A stretch of DNA of 63,156 nucleotides, counting the filler, from Nemertoderma westbladi (taxonomy: Eukaryota > Animalia > Xenacoelomorpha): assembly GCA_032718475.1 (NCBI GenBank). It is 3 parts of 3 records of this genome, joined end to end, with 100 filler letters (N's around TTAATTAATTAA, not from the genome) between each part and the next. Parts side by side here need not be neighbours in the genome. Positions count along the whole stretch, not along the records: positions 1 to 24,833 come from JAUCBJ010001805.1; positions 24,934 to 48,506 come from JAUCBJ010001127.1; 1 more part is not named here. One strand, given 5' to 3'. The notes under the pieces were generated by a model. The model ran no database searches. It saw nothing but the letters and a program-made list of their open reading frames with translations, and was not told the origin of the DNA. Position numbers and translations under genes: made by a program. Shown piece by piece: positions 23,001 through 34,869 of this stretch. Numbering within the stretch: the stretch's first letter is position 1; every line of letters starts with the position of its first letter.

Positions 23001-24833
23001 TAAATGATACCTATGGGACCTTGAGACGTGGTCGTCGTAAATATTCCAGTGCAAAGAAACAACAGTTGCTCCATCATTTTGCCTCTAATACATCGAATCC
23101 TGCTGTCTCCCTTCTATTTCCTTCAGCGCAGTTGTTACCAAGCACTTATTGGGCAATGATAGATAATTCTCCTCTTGGTGCTGCACCACAATCTCAAATT
23201 TTTAAAGGAAAATCACAAACGCAATTTGCCCCTCGAGCAACCTCTGAGATGCTAAAGATTAACCTATGTGATGGTGACCTTCCAACTTCACATCAACTCT
23301 CTAACATACACTGGGCCTTCGATCTTAAACTTAATGATGCCCTTAACAGTAATTCGTCAGCAATGGTTTATCGCCGAGGATTGGAACATTTGGCTGAGAA
23401 AGAAAGTCTTCATGTTCAACGTCAAGATTCTGGCTTACCTTACAGTGAGAGTGAATCATCGATGAAAGTGCGAGAGCTTGCAGCAATGGTGAAACGTTAT
23501 CCATGGGATTATTTTGTGACAGTCACGTGTAATGAAAGTGAAACTCCGGGAGTAGCATCTCTTGTTCGACGGATGAAGGAAATATTTGAACATGAGTATG
23601 GAAGAGTGTACCTGTCAAACATAATATTTGTTAATCGCGCTTGGGCCAGATTCCTAAAATACTTTATTCAGTATCTTCAGATGAGTCCAGATGAGGTTTG
23701 TGGGCCGCACCGTCATAGTTTCTCACGTATCGAGTTTCAAGATCAAGGGGCACCAGGTAATAAATGTCACATTCATATTGGTATTTCTTTGTGGCCAGAA
23801 GACAGGACTACAACCTTAGAGCGAATTCACTGCAATCCTACTACAATGTTTAGCTCCAGCTTAGGGACTGATATGGGTTCATTGAAGAGAATGGGAATAG
23901 TTAAGAGTGAGAATGAGTATGTTCATCTATCCAATCTTATGGACAAGCTATCTACTCATGATTGTAAGGCAGCTAATGGTAGGTGTATGAAATATAAGAA
24001 TGATGAGGGAGAGAAAATATGCCGAGTGCCAATCTGTCCAACTAGTTTGTTTTATACATTCAAGGAGAAGGCTGATATTTACGATCAAATGATTACTGAT
24101 ATACTTTTGCAATGCGGATTAGCTGAGCATGAAGAAGTATATGAATATGGAGAATATCGAACGAAAGTGAAACTGGATAAACGTCTCATTGGTGGCCGAT
24201 ATCAATACCCGACACAATCACCCCCTACATTTTTACCAACAATTCCTTTACTGCAACTATTTCTACGATCATGTTTTAATTGTCAAGCGTGCGATAGTCG
24301 TTTCATGACTTCTTATCTGATCAAGTACGAAGTTGGCAAAGAAAGTCGACCAAAGGCAATACTCAAAGGAACAAAGGAGCCAGAAGTTGTTAAGGTGCAG
24401 ACATCAACGCTTGAAAATGAGAAAATTTCGGGACAACGCCTTATACTAGATAAATTACGTAAAGAACCGCAAGGCATGGCAGCTACAGAGATCGGTATCC
24501 CAGAAATGATATGGTATATTATGGAGGAGCCATACACATTCAGTACTTGTAAATTCGTACATATAAACACTAATCCACCAGAATATCGGTGTTGGTATGT
24601 TCCTCCAAACTATGATGCAAAGGAAGATCGCACAAATCCGGGGTCTATAGGAGATTTTGTACCACCATTGGATGCTAGGAAAGTTGAAGGTGTTCCTCTT
24701 TGGCGTCGATTTTCTCCAGCACAAGAACGGCATGCTCGTGAGTATTTGTCATCGGATTTTATACACCATAATACAGAGATGTTTAATATCCGTCCACCAG
24801 AGTTGCTCGCTATAAAGAAACTTGCTCTATATC
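20055..24833 (+). CDS. Large exon of Helitron-like RepHel: OTU-like domain, Cys/His clusters and HUH Rep (truncated by the gap; continues as window 170-2949)
   Basis: The frame of ORF 20222 is open back to an acceptor ttattgcag|GT at 20055. Rep motif I DYFVTVTCN (~23507), motif II EFQ...KCHIHIG (~23732-23782), motif III YLIKY (~24314). The last 169 nt match window 1-169 in the same frame. Confidence 0.85.
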
Positions 24834-24933
24834 NNNNNNNNNNNNNNNNNNNNNNNNNNNNNNNNNNNNNNNNNNNNTTAATTAATTAANNNNNNNNNNN
24901 NNNNNNNNNNNNNNNNNNNNNNNNNNNNNNNNN
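24834..24933. other. Artificial contig/scaffold spacer
   Basis: N44-TTAATTAATTAA-N44, a six-frame stop linker. Confidence 0.97.
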
Positions 24934-25199
24934 CCTTCCGTATCGTGTAAATCGATAGGATGGCCGGTAGTTAAGAAGTCCATATATGTACCATTACGAT
25001 GCGTATAACGAGCGGTGAACTTTCTATAATCCAATTCACGCGTAAGTTGCTCCGGGGACATTGGCGGTTCGATATAACGACCATCATCCTCCGTAATAGT
25101 TGGACCAACGTCGCCGCGTATCAAGCTATCGACAAACGCTTGTAAAGATAGAGTATATCGCTCCCTGATACCAAGATCATCTTCTATCAATTCAGTCAT
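24934..25199 (-). CDS. Unknown ORF truncated by the gap, downstream of the Bel/Pao gag-pro
   Basis: ATG-initiated, about 88 codons open to the gap, coding-like composition; no motif recognised. Confidence 0.3.
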
Positions 25200-26569
25200 A
25201 TCTGCTATGAGTTTATCAATATTATAATGAGTTTATATATATTAGGCTAGCGGGCGTCGCTGCCTACCCCTCTTTTGCCCCCGGACAGTGTAAGATCCTC
25301 AGCGCCGATGTACCGTCGTCGCTGTGCTTTCGCCAACGATGTAGCTACACAACGACAACGATAACCGGCACAAGTCACTTCACTGTCCGTCCCAAAGGCT
25401 TAGATGTACTGCAGGTTCTTCTTGGAGAGTTAGGGTTACTTTCACAATTGCGACTCGCTACTGTAAACACACCTTAGTAGTAACATTCACCTACAAACGC
25501 ACAAATTCAACACAACTGCAACAAACTGCACACATTCGGGCCATTTGTCCGTTAGTCAGTACCTTCCAGAATGTCACTGTATTTATTATGTATCCTTGGA
25601 TACTAGCAGTGCGCTATTTATTCCGTATGCTATTCAATACGCAAGCCCTTTATTGTTCTTTTAACTCACTTCTAATTCTAGCGTGGTTGTTGCCATGGTG
25701 ACATTATGGAAAGCTAGCGGTAGAATTAGGGTAATTCTCATGCATACAGATCTGGGATGCTATTTAATAGTAATTCTTTAATGGTCAATATCCCCTTTAT
25801 ACATGATTTTATGAATTTTATCGGCTATTGACTATACATCGGAGATTCTCGCACACAAATACACTTAATAGAGTGAATCTCCGCTCCCATGATCTATTAA
25901 TTAATGGAATTTTGGGAATGTTATAAATTGTATAAAATGACAATTTATTAATTCATTGAAATATATGAATTTAAATTTATTCCCGGAAATTTTATTATTT
26001 AATGTTAAATAGACACAATTTGATTCCAGAGCAGGTCTGGGGACATAGGATCCTTAATTCTAGGAATTTTGTCCTTTTAAGAGTATCGGTAAGTGCTACT
26101 ATATGTATTATTTAATATACGGTATGAGAGCAATATCGCACGAAGTGTGAAGAGGCAAGTCGTTTCTAAGGTCTACCCAGAGCTTGGTTTAGCCGAGACA
26201 CGAGGATCTGAACTTTGCATTCCTAATACTCTGCCTACCAATAATACCTGAATATAGTAGTGGCTTTATTGTACTTTAATAAGTACGGACATTTCATCTT
26301 ACTGTAGTTACGTATTTATAATATAATACGAACAGTAAGGAAAGAGAAAAACACTTGTTTCTCACCGTCACATTAAATATAATATAAGTAATTACGTACG
26401 CAATAAACACGAATATATTGCACTAATCTACTAAATGATCACTAAAATAACATGTTACTAAATAAAATTAAATAAAACGATTAAAATAAAATTACATAAT
26501 AATACATACATAAATATAAAAATAAAACAAATACAAAATAATAGAATCACACACCCACTCCATATGTTG

Positions 26570-29500
26570 TTACGTTATGGAGTCCCTAGATGTTTGAAGG
26601 ATTAGGGAGGTGGTCGTGGGAAGAGAATCTTGCCTTCCACAGTTTCCGGAGAGTCCTCCATTCCCTTCCGGTAAACACAAACGACCGACTGGGTGATTGA
26701 GTCGCTGCATCCCGAATACAATTCCAGGTTTCCTCTTCGTCCTGGAATAGTGACGATAGAAACATCGCTCTAGGTACACGACGGCCTTACAAAGCCGATT
26801 CCAGGAGCTATAGTGGTCCGTCGCTCCCTGCAGGAGAGGTGAGAGTCCCTGCGAGACGTCTGATGTTCCAGAGCTCCAATCGCTCTCTCTGATCTTCATG
26901 AAGGATCCACTCGCGGTGGGGAGGTCCAGATCCACGGTGTCGTCCCTGGCAATATGTAATACCGACAGATCTATCCCGGGTTCAAATAACTCCGATCCAC
27001 CCGTCCGGGTTTTAGGTTTGACTTTCTCCGCTCCCTTGGCTGGTCTAATCTCAGTCGGAGTAAGATGGGGAGGCCATTCATCCTCCTTACTCAGGAAGTC
27101 GGGTTCACCTAACCGGTCTGTAGTATCTGTCAGTTCTTGAGGAGTTGCTCCTCTGGAAGCGATGTCAGTTGGATTAAACTTCTTGGGGCAATATCTCCAT
27201 TGATCTACATTGGAGCTAATATCGTCATTATCTGAGGAGTATGGTGTTCCCTCAGTTGGGTCATCTCCCTCACTAGTATCATCTTCCCATTCACTCACTT
27301 GGCAGACGCGATCTTGAAGCAGTCTTTCTCTGAGCGTTCTTCGGGAAGGTCCAGTAAGGTACCAACCTACTCTAGTTCTTACCGCATAGGTCTGAAGTGG
27401 TTGCGGTTGAGCAGGTCGTTTCTCCAATGTCTCCAGCACCTCATGCGCGTTTTGACCGATTAATATTTGTACTCCAGGATAATCGGTGTCGAATCTAGGA
27501 ATGTTAAGTTGTTGGGCATGATCATCTTCGTCCCAATTATAAGGTTCCACTTGGGTGGTAGCGAAGTTCTTTATTTCCACCATTTTGACTGACCTTATAC
27601 TGTATTCTCCTAGTTTATCCTGTGGAGTGGACAACTCACCTATATAATAGTCGGCAGCCACAGCAGATTTCCAAACCTGCATGATCCCTGACATGTTTAG
27701 CTTGGTTCGGAACTTGGGTTGTCCAGCAAAGATGTCTTCGGCTAGTTCTTTATCGATGAATGTTCCTGTGCTGCCGGAGTCCAGGAGGGCGTTCACTATA
27801 TAGCTCTTCTGAGGTCCGTGGACCCGTAACTGGACTACAGGAAATTCTCGGATTCCTACATTTGAAGTTGGCGCTTTCCAAGATTGTTGTTGATCTGAAG
27901 TAGTTAGGGTGAGGTCGCTGTCTGTATCTTTTTCATGAGTGAGTGCTCGATACACTGCGGTATTTATCATGTAACAGGATTCGTTTTCGTCGGAGAACTC
28001 GTCCGTATAGAATCCTTCCATCTCAGATTGATCAGTGTCGTTCACATCACTGAATTGGACATGTAGTTCGGAATCACTCACCTGACTCGGAATATTTCGC
28101 TCGAATTCAGTGTGCAACAAGATATGATGTTTCGCACCGCACTTTGCACACCTTGCGTCGGAGTAACAGGTTCGCCGTTGGTGTCCTCGTCTGAGGCAAT
28201 TATAACACAACCGCTTATCCCACATGACTTCACGTCTATCCTTTCGTGATTTCCTCAGGAATTCATCACACGCATTTAAACAGTGGGGCCCATCGCACAG
28301 CACACATTTGGGCTTGATGTTACTTACTTTAACATGTGCTGTGTGGTGCACGCTCGTTCTTTCCTCGGGCTTTCTCACCTGAATTCTCTTAGGAGACGTA
28401 GGAGGAGTTTTTCTTACCTGTTCTCTCCTGTCATTGGTTCGAGACTTGAATTTACTTATGTTCTTAGTCGCTTTGTTGTCATAGTAAGATCTTTCAGTGT
28501 CTTTCCCGCTGTCTTCCTCTTGAGAAGCCTTGCTGTCGCCGTCGTCGGTATAACACACTGGTATTACCCTTCTCCTAGAAACGGGTTTCTCACTTACCTT
28601 GTTTTCCGGTGTCTTCTCTCTGGACTGCTTTATGAGCTGTAATTTCACTTCGCCATCCAAGAATGACATGAGATCAGCCATGGTAGGGTCTCGTTGTTGT
28701 TGTTCCATCATATATAACACTTTCTTATCCCAGCGTGTACCTACTCCACCCTTGGGCAAAGTAGATGCTAAGGCTCCTACAACCATAGAATTATGGTATT
28801 CATGAGACTTACCTAACCAATCTAGCTGTCTACAGATCTCCTGAATTTCGTCGGAAAACTCTATAATCCCGCTGCTAAGAAACTTTCGGGGCGCCATTAA
28901 TTTTGCATACAAATATTTAGCTATGTTATTCCTATTACTATACCTGATGTTTAGTGTATCCCAAACTTGTCTTAATCCGTCTGGATGTCCAATAAACTTT
29001 AACGCCATTAACTTGGGAGATCCTTCCAAGCACTCGATGGGGAATCTAAGTTTCTCTCCATTAGAAAGTACAGATTTCTGTATGTTATCTTTATAATATT
29101 CATTAAAAGGTAACCATTTCATCTCATCTCCATTGAACTTGACTATCTCTCCCACCTTTACCGCTTGCCGGGCTTCGGTTCTAGCCATTTGACGCGTAAA
29201 ACTTTCTTGGGCCATCGTGTTATTTAATATCGAGTTATCGGTATATAAATTTCTCGGATTATGATCCGGTCTATAGGGAATATCATTATCAACAGGTCTA
29301 TAATTACCCTTAATAGGGTTCACTATAGGAGTTTCTACTTCGCTAGCAGTATAGATGCGTGTAGGCTCCACACCTTGCGCATGCGATACTCCAGACCTAA
29401 CAGGTTGACACATTGTTACAGGGGGTGGTGGTATACCCCTTTGTGTATTTACTAATTTATCGCGTTCTAGCGCGATACTTTGCTGCACTTCTTGCAACTC

Positions 29501-31405
29501 TAACCTACTTTCCCTTACTGTGCCCTTGAATTGCTGAACGGTCTCCTGCATCTGCCCGAGCAGGAGATCCATCCCCCGCCGTCTCTCATCCACCCATTCG
29601 ACCGCCGAAGCGGGAGTCACCAACGTTGTAGCGGGCGGACGAGGGACAACGGGCGACAAATCATGAATATTTCGCTCGGAGTCCAGGGCATGAACTGTCT
29701 CATGGGCTGTTCTGCTGGGCACAGGTAGCTTGGTACTGTGCAAAGGGAATTTAGAGGTAGGTTCAGGGAGTACAGGTGTCTCTACCACCGAAAGGGTGGC
29801 TTCGGGAACAGGCCTAATTATTTCAGGCTCATCTACTATAGTAGGGAGTCTTTCTATTGTAATTATTTGGTCTGTGGGTTCTGTACTACCTAAGTTGGTG
29901 TTATTTAGTTGCCTTCTAACAGCTGGGGGCAAATCAGGCAATTTCTGAAGGTGGGACATTCTTTTACGTCTGCTTAGGCGAGATCGATTTCCTCCGCCTT
30001 CAGTGTCGGTGGTATCGCCTTCCTCAGATGATGTATAACCTTGTCTTTTGGGAGTAGATCGATTCATCATCTGCATATTACTAGCTGTTAACTGTTTATT
30101 AAAGTTGTCTTGTCTCTCTTGAAGATTTTCCAACTCTAGTTGGGTTGTCTCTTCAGATGCCCTCCGTTCTGCTTCTGCCACTGCTATTTTTCTTTCCGCT
30201 TCTGCCGCTGCCACTGCCGCTGCTGCTGTCTTTCTATCTTCTATACGTTTTTTCTTTACTTGTTCTTCTTGAACCTTAGCGATGCGGATACTTTCATCAA
30301 ATTTAGCTTGGTTCGCAGCTATCCTATCCACATCAATTGCGTCCAACACACGCTGGGCTCCTTCACTATTAGGGCTAAGTCCATCTAACCTTCTCCTCAA
30401 CTCTTCATCTCCTAAAAAACGCTGATAGTCTGACAGATAGATGTCAATGGCATCCCTCTTATGCAGTTTCTCTGCCGTCGCTTCACTTTCCACTTGGGAA
30501 AAAGTAGCGTCTGTTGATTCTCCATGGGTTGAGCGCTCCTCCAGCTGAGCTTTCCACTGAGCTGTTCCTTGAACCTGGAGACTCACCCGCTGAAACCAAG
30601 TCTTTACGGCAACTTGCAACGACGTGTCTTGTCTTCTTTTAGAAGCCTCCTCAAAGGCCGATAAGATTAGCCTGATTCGCAGAATTCTTTCTCTAACTTG
30701 ATAAAGCAGTTGTCCCTGCTCTTGAGGTCCTTGTGGTTGTTGAAACAGTTGTTCTTTTAGTCGCTCCATAGAGCTGAAGAATCCCTGTGCGTATCCGGCT
30801 GCGGACCTCTTCCACACAGCTGGATCAATGGTTTCCTTGGTTACTCCCATCCGGTGTATGTCTTCCCAGGCAGCTTCTGATAAATCAAACGGGAGTCCGG
30901 GTCCGGGGAAGTTCCATTGCGACTCGACAATAGACTTCAGTTCTTCCCTTGTGTATCCCGCATAACTATCTTTAGTTGATTGCTGACTTCTCGCCCAATC
31001 GATCTGGTGTTCTTCCACCGCGATCAATATCCTAGTGAGTACGGCTGCAGGCAGGATGAGAAGGGGATCCGAATAAACCGCATCCGTCATCTTTGCTCCG
31101 CGCTCGGGTGTCAGCTCTACAGTATCCTCACTACTGGAGCTGTCGGGCCGCTGAGAAATAAGTTCTTGGCTCGCGGGTTGTTGCTGTTCCGCTGCTTCTT
31201 GGTCCCGCTTGACCTGAGCTCGAGTGCCTATGATAGACCTACGATGTTGGACCAGCCTAGGTTCTGTTATTACTACTGGAGGGATGACCTTCCTCACAGT
31301 GGGAGGTGAACTGAACTTAGGTGTAGACGGTTCTAGACCCTTATCTGAGTCGCAGATAGTTACATCTAATAAACTGTCTGACAGGTTCTGCTTAGTATCA
31401 GACAT
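26570..31405 (-). CDS. Bel/Pao LTR-retrotransposon gag-protease polyprotein lacking RT, RNase H core and integrase
   Basis: 1611 aa. DUF1759-like KFNGDEMKWLPF...EKLRF; triple knuckle CVLCDGPHCLNAC / CYNCLRRGHQRRTC / CAKCGAKHHILLH; aspartic protease ALLDSGSTGTFI; then directly the Pao end-of-RNase-H motif QWRYCPKKFNPTDIASRG and YSSWNRL. Confidence 0.85.
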   Translation of the reverse strand: MSDTKQNLSDSLLDVTICDSDKGLEPSTPKFSSPPTVRKVIPPVVITEPRLVQHRRSIIGTRAQVKRDQEAAEQQQPASQELISQRPDSSSSEDTVELTPERGAKMTDAVYSDPLLILPAAVLTRILIAVEEHQIDWARSQQSTKDSYAGYTREELKSIVESQWNFPGPGLPFDLSEAAWEDIHRMGVTKETIDPAVWKRSAAGYAQGFFSSMERLKEQLFQQPQGPQEQGQLLYQVRERILRIRLILSAFEEASKRRQDTSLQVAVKTWFQRVSLQVQGTAQWKAQLEERSTHGESTDATFSQVESEATAEKLHKRDAIDIYLSDYQRFLGDEELRRRLDGLSPNSEGAQRVLDAIDVDRIAANQAKFDESIRIAKVQEEQVKKKRIEDRKTAAAAVAAAEAERKIAVAEAERRASEETTQLELENLQERQDNFNKQLTASNMQMMNRSTPKRQGYTSSEEGDTTDTEGGGNRSRLSRRKRMSHLQKLPDLPPAVRRQLNNTNLGSTEPTDQIITIERLPTIVDEPEIIRPVPEATLSVVETPVLPEPTSKFPLHSTKLPVPSRTAHETVHALDSERNIHDLSPVVPRPPATTLVTPASAVEWVDERRRGMDLLLGQMQETVQQFKGTVRESRLELQEVQQSIALERDKLVNTQRGIPPPPVTMCQPVRSGVSHAQGVEPTRIYTASEVETPIVNPIKGNYRPVDNDIPYRPDHNPRNLYTDNSILNNTMAQESFTRQMARTEARQAVKVGEIVKFNGDEMKWLPFNEYYKDNIQKSVLSNGEKLRFPIECLEGSPKLMALKFIGHPDGLRQVWDTLNIRYSNRNNIAKYLYAKLMAPRKFLSSGIIEFSDEIQEICRQLDWLGKSHEYHNSMVVGALASTLPKGGVGTRWDKKVLYMMEQQQRDPTMADLMSFLDGEVKLQLIKQSREKTPENKVSEKPVSRRRVIPVCYTDDGDSKASQEEDSGKDTERSYYDNKATKNISKFKSRTNDRREQVRKTPPTSPKRIQVRKPEERTSVHHTAHVKVSNIKPKCVLCDGPHCLNACDEFLRKSRKDRREVMWDKRLCYNCLRRGHQRRTCYSDARCAKCGAKHHILLHTEFERNIPSQVSDSELHVQFSDVNDTDQSEMEGFYTDEFSDENESCYMINTAVYRALTHEKDTDSDLTLTTSDQQQSWKAPTSNVGIREFPVVQLRVHGPQKSYIVNALLDSGSTGTFIDKELAEDIFAGQPKFRTKLNMSGIMQVWKSAVAADYYIGELSTPQDKLGEYSIRSVKMVEIKNFATTQVEPYNWDEDDHAQQLNIPRFDTDYPGVQILIGQNAHEVLETLEKRPAQPQPLQTYAVRTRVGWYLTGPSRRTLRERLLQDRVCQVSEWEDDTSEGDDPTEGTPYSSDNDDISSNVDQWRYCPKKFNPTDIASRGATPQELTDTTDRLGEPDFLSKEDEWPPHLTPTEIRPAKGAEKVKPKTRTGGSELFEPGIDLSVLHIARDDTVDLDLPTASGSFMKIRESDWSSGTSDVSQGLSPLLQGATDHYSSWNRLCKAVVYLERCFYRHYSRTKRKPGIVFGMQRLNHPVGRLCLPEGNGGLSGNCGRQDSLPTTTSLILQTSRDSIT

Positions 31406-33666
31406 GTTTGTTTACACAGTTGAATGCCTACTGCTATATTACAGTCTAAGCAAGTCTAGTAATTCAGCATTAACTGCTAGCCTAGTAATTAATTACCGAT
31501 ACTGCTACTCAGTGTAGCGTGATATATATATAATATTAGAATACCGGTATGCTTATAGTATATATAAGTATTATTAGTAACTAGAATTAATTACAGAATA
31601 CCGGTATGATTTCAGCCTAAATTTATATATATAATAGGCCTATCTTGAATACCGGTATACAGCTTACACTTATAATGTGTATATATAAGTATAATTACAG
31701 ACTAGAATTAATTACAGAATACCGGTATAATTTCAGCCTATATTTATAAAAATAAAGATAATAAGCCTATTGTAAATACCGGTATATCAATTATTTTAGA
31801 ATAATTGAATTTCTGAATTTTAAGGGTTACTTGGTTACTTTAACTTACTTTATTACCGTTATTTAAGCAGTAGTCCAACTGATATTGAGACTTAATTGTT
31901 GTATGGCAGGCCTACTATTTATAAATCGTTTGAGTTGATTTATAATATATATATACCCGTTTAATGGGTTTTGTCAATGTTTGAAATAAATGTTATTATT
32001 TCTGGGGGAGTCACTACACATAAGCTGTGCGCTCTCAGTGGAGTGCTACTTGTTAGACACTAAAACAAATAATTCTAATTTACCTAAGTTACTTAATACT
32101 ACAAATTACGTACAATTCGGGTTGAGATTACAATCTCTAAATAAACACAAAAATTTAATTACAAATACACAAATACGAATTTTTAGGGTAATTTTACAAG
32201 AAGTTTACTAACCAGCCTAACAAAGGGTTAGAATATCTGGTTATTACAACTGACAGGTTACTACGGTATTTGAAAATAATAAGTAGTAGTAAATATACTG
32301 CGTTGTCCAGATAGGAAAATACCACCATCTGACGACCTATAACCGTATCGCTATAGGTACTACGTTATGTATCACGGAGTGTTCCTACCTAGAGATTAAT
32401 TACCGCGGTCTACCAGAACCAACGTGCCTATTAACCACTTTACAACACAAATATACTGCCTACACACTAATCACCTTCGGAAAGTACTGTACACTAAACC
32501 CTAAATTAGGTACAAGTACTTGTACAACAAATAATCAGTAGTTAAAAATACTTGAACAGTTAAAAGAACCACGGTATCTGCCGGAGTGACCAAAGCATAA
32601 AATCTCCAGTCTTTACCTACGCCGAGCAGCCCTGATGTAGTACCGGGGTTAGTTTAACTATAACGGTATGTATAACAAACACAATTACTGTAGGAATAAA
32701 CTTGGGGAATGAATGTTGCGAATAATAGCATAAACTCTGAATAATAAATATTACGCTACGCGTACAAACTACTCAAACAAAATGCAGACCAAATACTGAC
32801 AGGCTACTATCAAGCCTAAACAAACTACGGTATATGCAGACTCCGAAATGATTAGTTAGTATGCGTTCTAACCCAGTAGTACGACTTATTCTTTCACAGG
32901 GGGTTTACCTCACAGCACTTGAAGCCCCTACGTTCCCAACTAGCACTTTATCGGACAGATGCTCTACACACACCGAAATTTCCTCAAACCCAACAACAGC
33001 CAGACAACTATCCAGCCTACAAATTATCTAAATAAAATTATACGCTACCCGTACAGACTACACAAACAAAGTACAGACCAAACGATGGCAGACTACTATC
33101 AAGCCTAAATACACTACAGTATATGCAGACTCCGAAATGATTAGTTAGTATGCGTTCTAACCCAGTAGTACGACTTATTCTTTCACAGGGGGTTTACCTC
33201 ACAGCACTTGAAGCCCCTACTTTCCTAACTAGCACTTTATCGGACAGATGCTCTACACACACTGCAATCCGTTCAGACTTAACAACAGTTAGACAACAGT
33301 CAAGCCTACAAATTATCTGTACAATCTGAGCAGGCTTACACGCCTTCTGCTCAATACTGGCCTACAAATAAATAAAACTGACAGAAATAAGTAAGCTCCA
33401 AAAGAAACAAGGGGTGTACAGTCCCTAATCTCTTAAACAGCCTACCAGTATACAATACCACAATCGAATAATACTGCTGTACCTGTACTGCTGTAGGTAC
33501 CGGTCCGGATGATCAGGCAGTCAGGCCTACTGGTTACCGGTCGACCGGTACTTTCGACTAGATTGCTTACACCGCAATCCAGAAGCAATATCTGTTATTG
33601 TTTTTACCAAAACAATATTAAACTGTATTTATTGCCTACACCGCAATCAGAACCAAATATCTGTTA

Positions 33667-34853
33667 TTGTTTGCGCTTTTAAGACCTTTGACAGTTTAAC
33701 CTGCCAAATTAGGATGTCTTTTAGATGATAGATAGTCTTTAGCCTATGACGAGTATTTGATACACTACATTAGCCGAAGCCAGTCTATGCGCAATCATTC
33801 ACCCGCTGGATATACCCGGGAGACTGAATTCGGAAGCTTAATGATTGATGGTGTAAGCCTACTGTATTATTCGACTGATCGTAATATATAATCTCTGACA
33901 AATATTATTCACTTTCGGGAAATATTAACAGTTCCTTTAGGACGTGGCGCTCTAAATATGTAAACAGAGTTATGACTTAAACTAGACACAACGAAATGGC
34001 TATAGATTCACGTATATGGCGCATTCTTTAGGAGATGCTTTGTTATCAGTTACAATCATACACAATGCTGCACAATACTGCACACTAATCTGCCGGCCTT
34101 CACTAAATTTAGTCACGTATAAAGAGAGCAACATACAATTTATGTCGGGCCTATGAAATAGCATTAGATTCACTTCAAACCACTTAACATAGGTCGCAAT
34201 CGTTTATATGTAACCGGTCTCTCTAACCTTTAGTATATCAAGAAGATTGGGGTGTCTGACTATTGATCAGTATTCCGATATAATATTTCATCCACAAATA
34301 TAATGAATAACCGACAGCAAAAGCAGTAAAGTTAAGGTATAAATGATTATTAAGTGAGTGAGTTAACTCGGTAACTCGTAAGATTAGGTTTGAATTGCAT
34401 TGAATTGGTTTGTTAACAGATATACGTTCTATAATTAAGCCTACTAATGTTAAGCTAAAGACTGAAACACGGAGGTGCCAAAAGCCGATGTTCTTAGGCT
34501 CTGGGCAAAACATAACACTGAATTACTGAGTTTCTGTATCCAACTCCAACACAGAGTCAAAAAACGCTCTGATTGGTCGACCGAGCAAAGAGAGAACAAA
34601 GCACAAAGAAAGGTTCGATGTGGCAATATCAGCTGTTAGCCGTCGTCATGGTAGCGACACTGTTTTCAAGAGGATCCAGCTTATTGCGTCACGAAGTTGC
34701 GGATTATGTCCTCTAAAGTACAAATAGAGAAGAAATGACTTTTATGTCCTCTAAAACACCAGTACAGTAAGGACACGGCCCTTTTATGCCTGGTAACCAA
34801 CTACAGAGTACTTTACGGGAAAATAACCGGTTAATTACGCAAAAGCTTTTACA
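33667..34853 (-). mobile_element. 5' LTR of the Bel/Pao-derived element, copy 1
   Basis: Minus strand begins TGTAAAAGC; homology with 52390-53624 and 61396-62615 ends exactly at ...GCTTTTACA. Inner boundary approximate. Confidence 0.7.
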
Positions 34854-34869
34854 TCACCCTATCCCACTT

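Larger units (their letters stand above)
1..24833 (+). mobile_element. Helitron/Helentron-like rolling-circle element, one ~24,664-bp unit in tandem or circular arrangement
   Basis: Rep + Pif1 helicase ORF split across the segment ends, with a 169-bp terminal overlap. Exact termini not resolved. Confidence 0.75.

Noticed and set aside
24834-24933. TTAATTAATTAA motif and ORFs extending into the N-run
   Set aside because: Artificial linker; adjacency of the three segments cannot be assumed.
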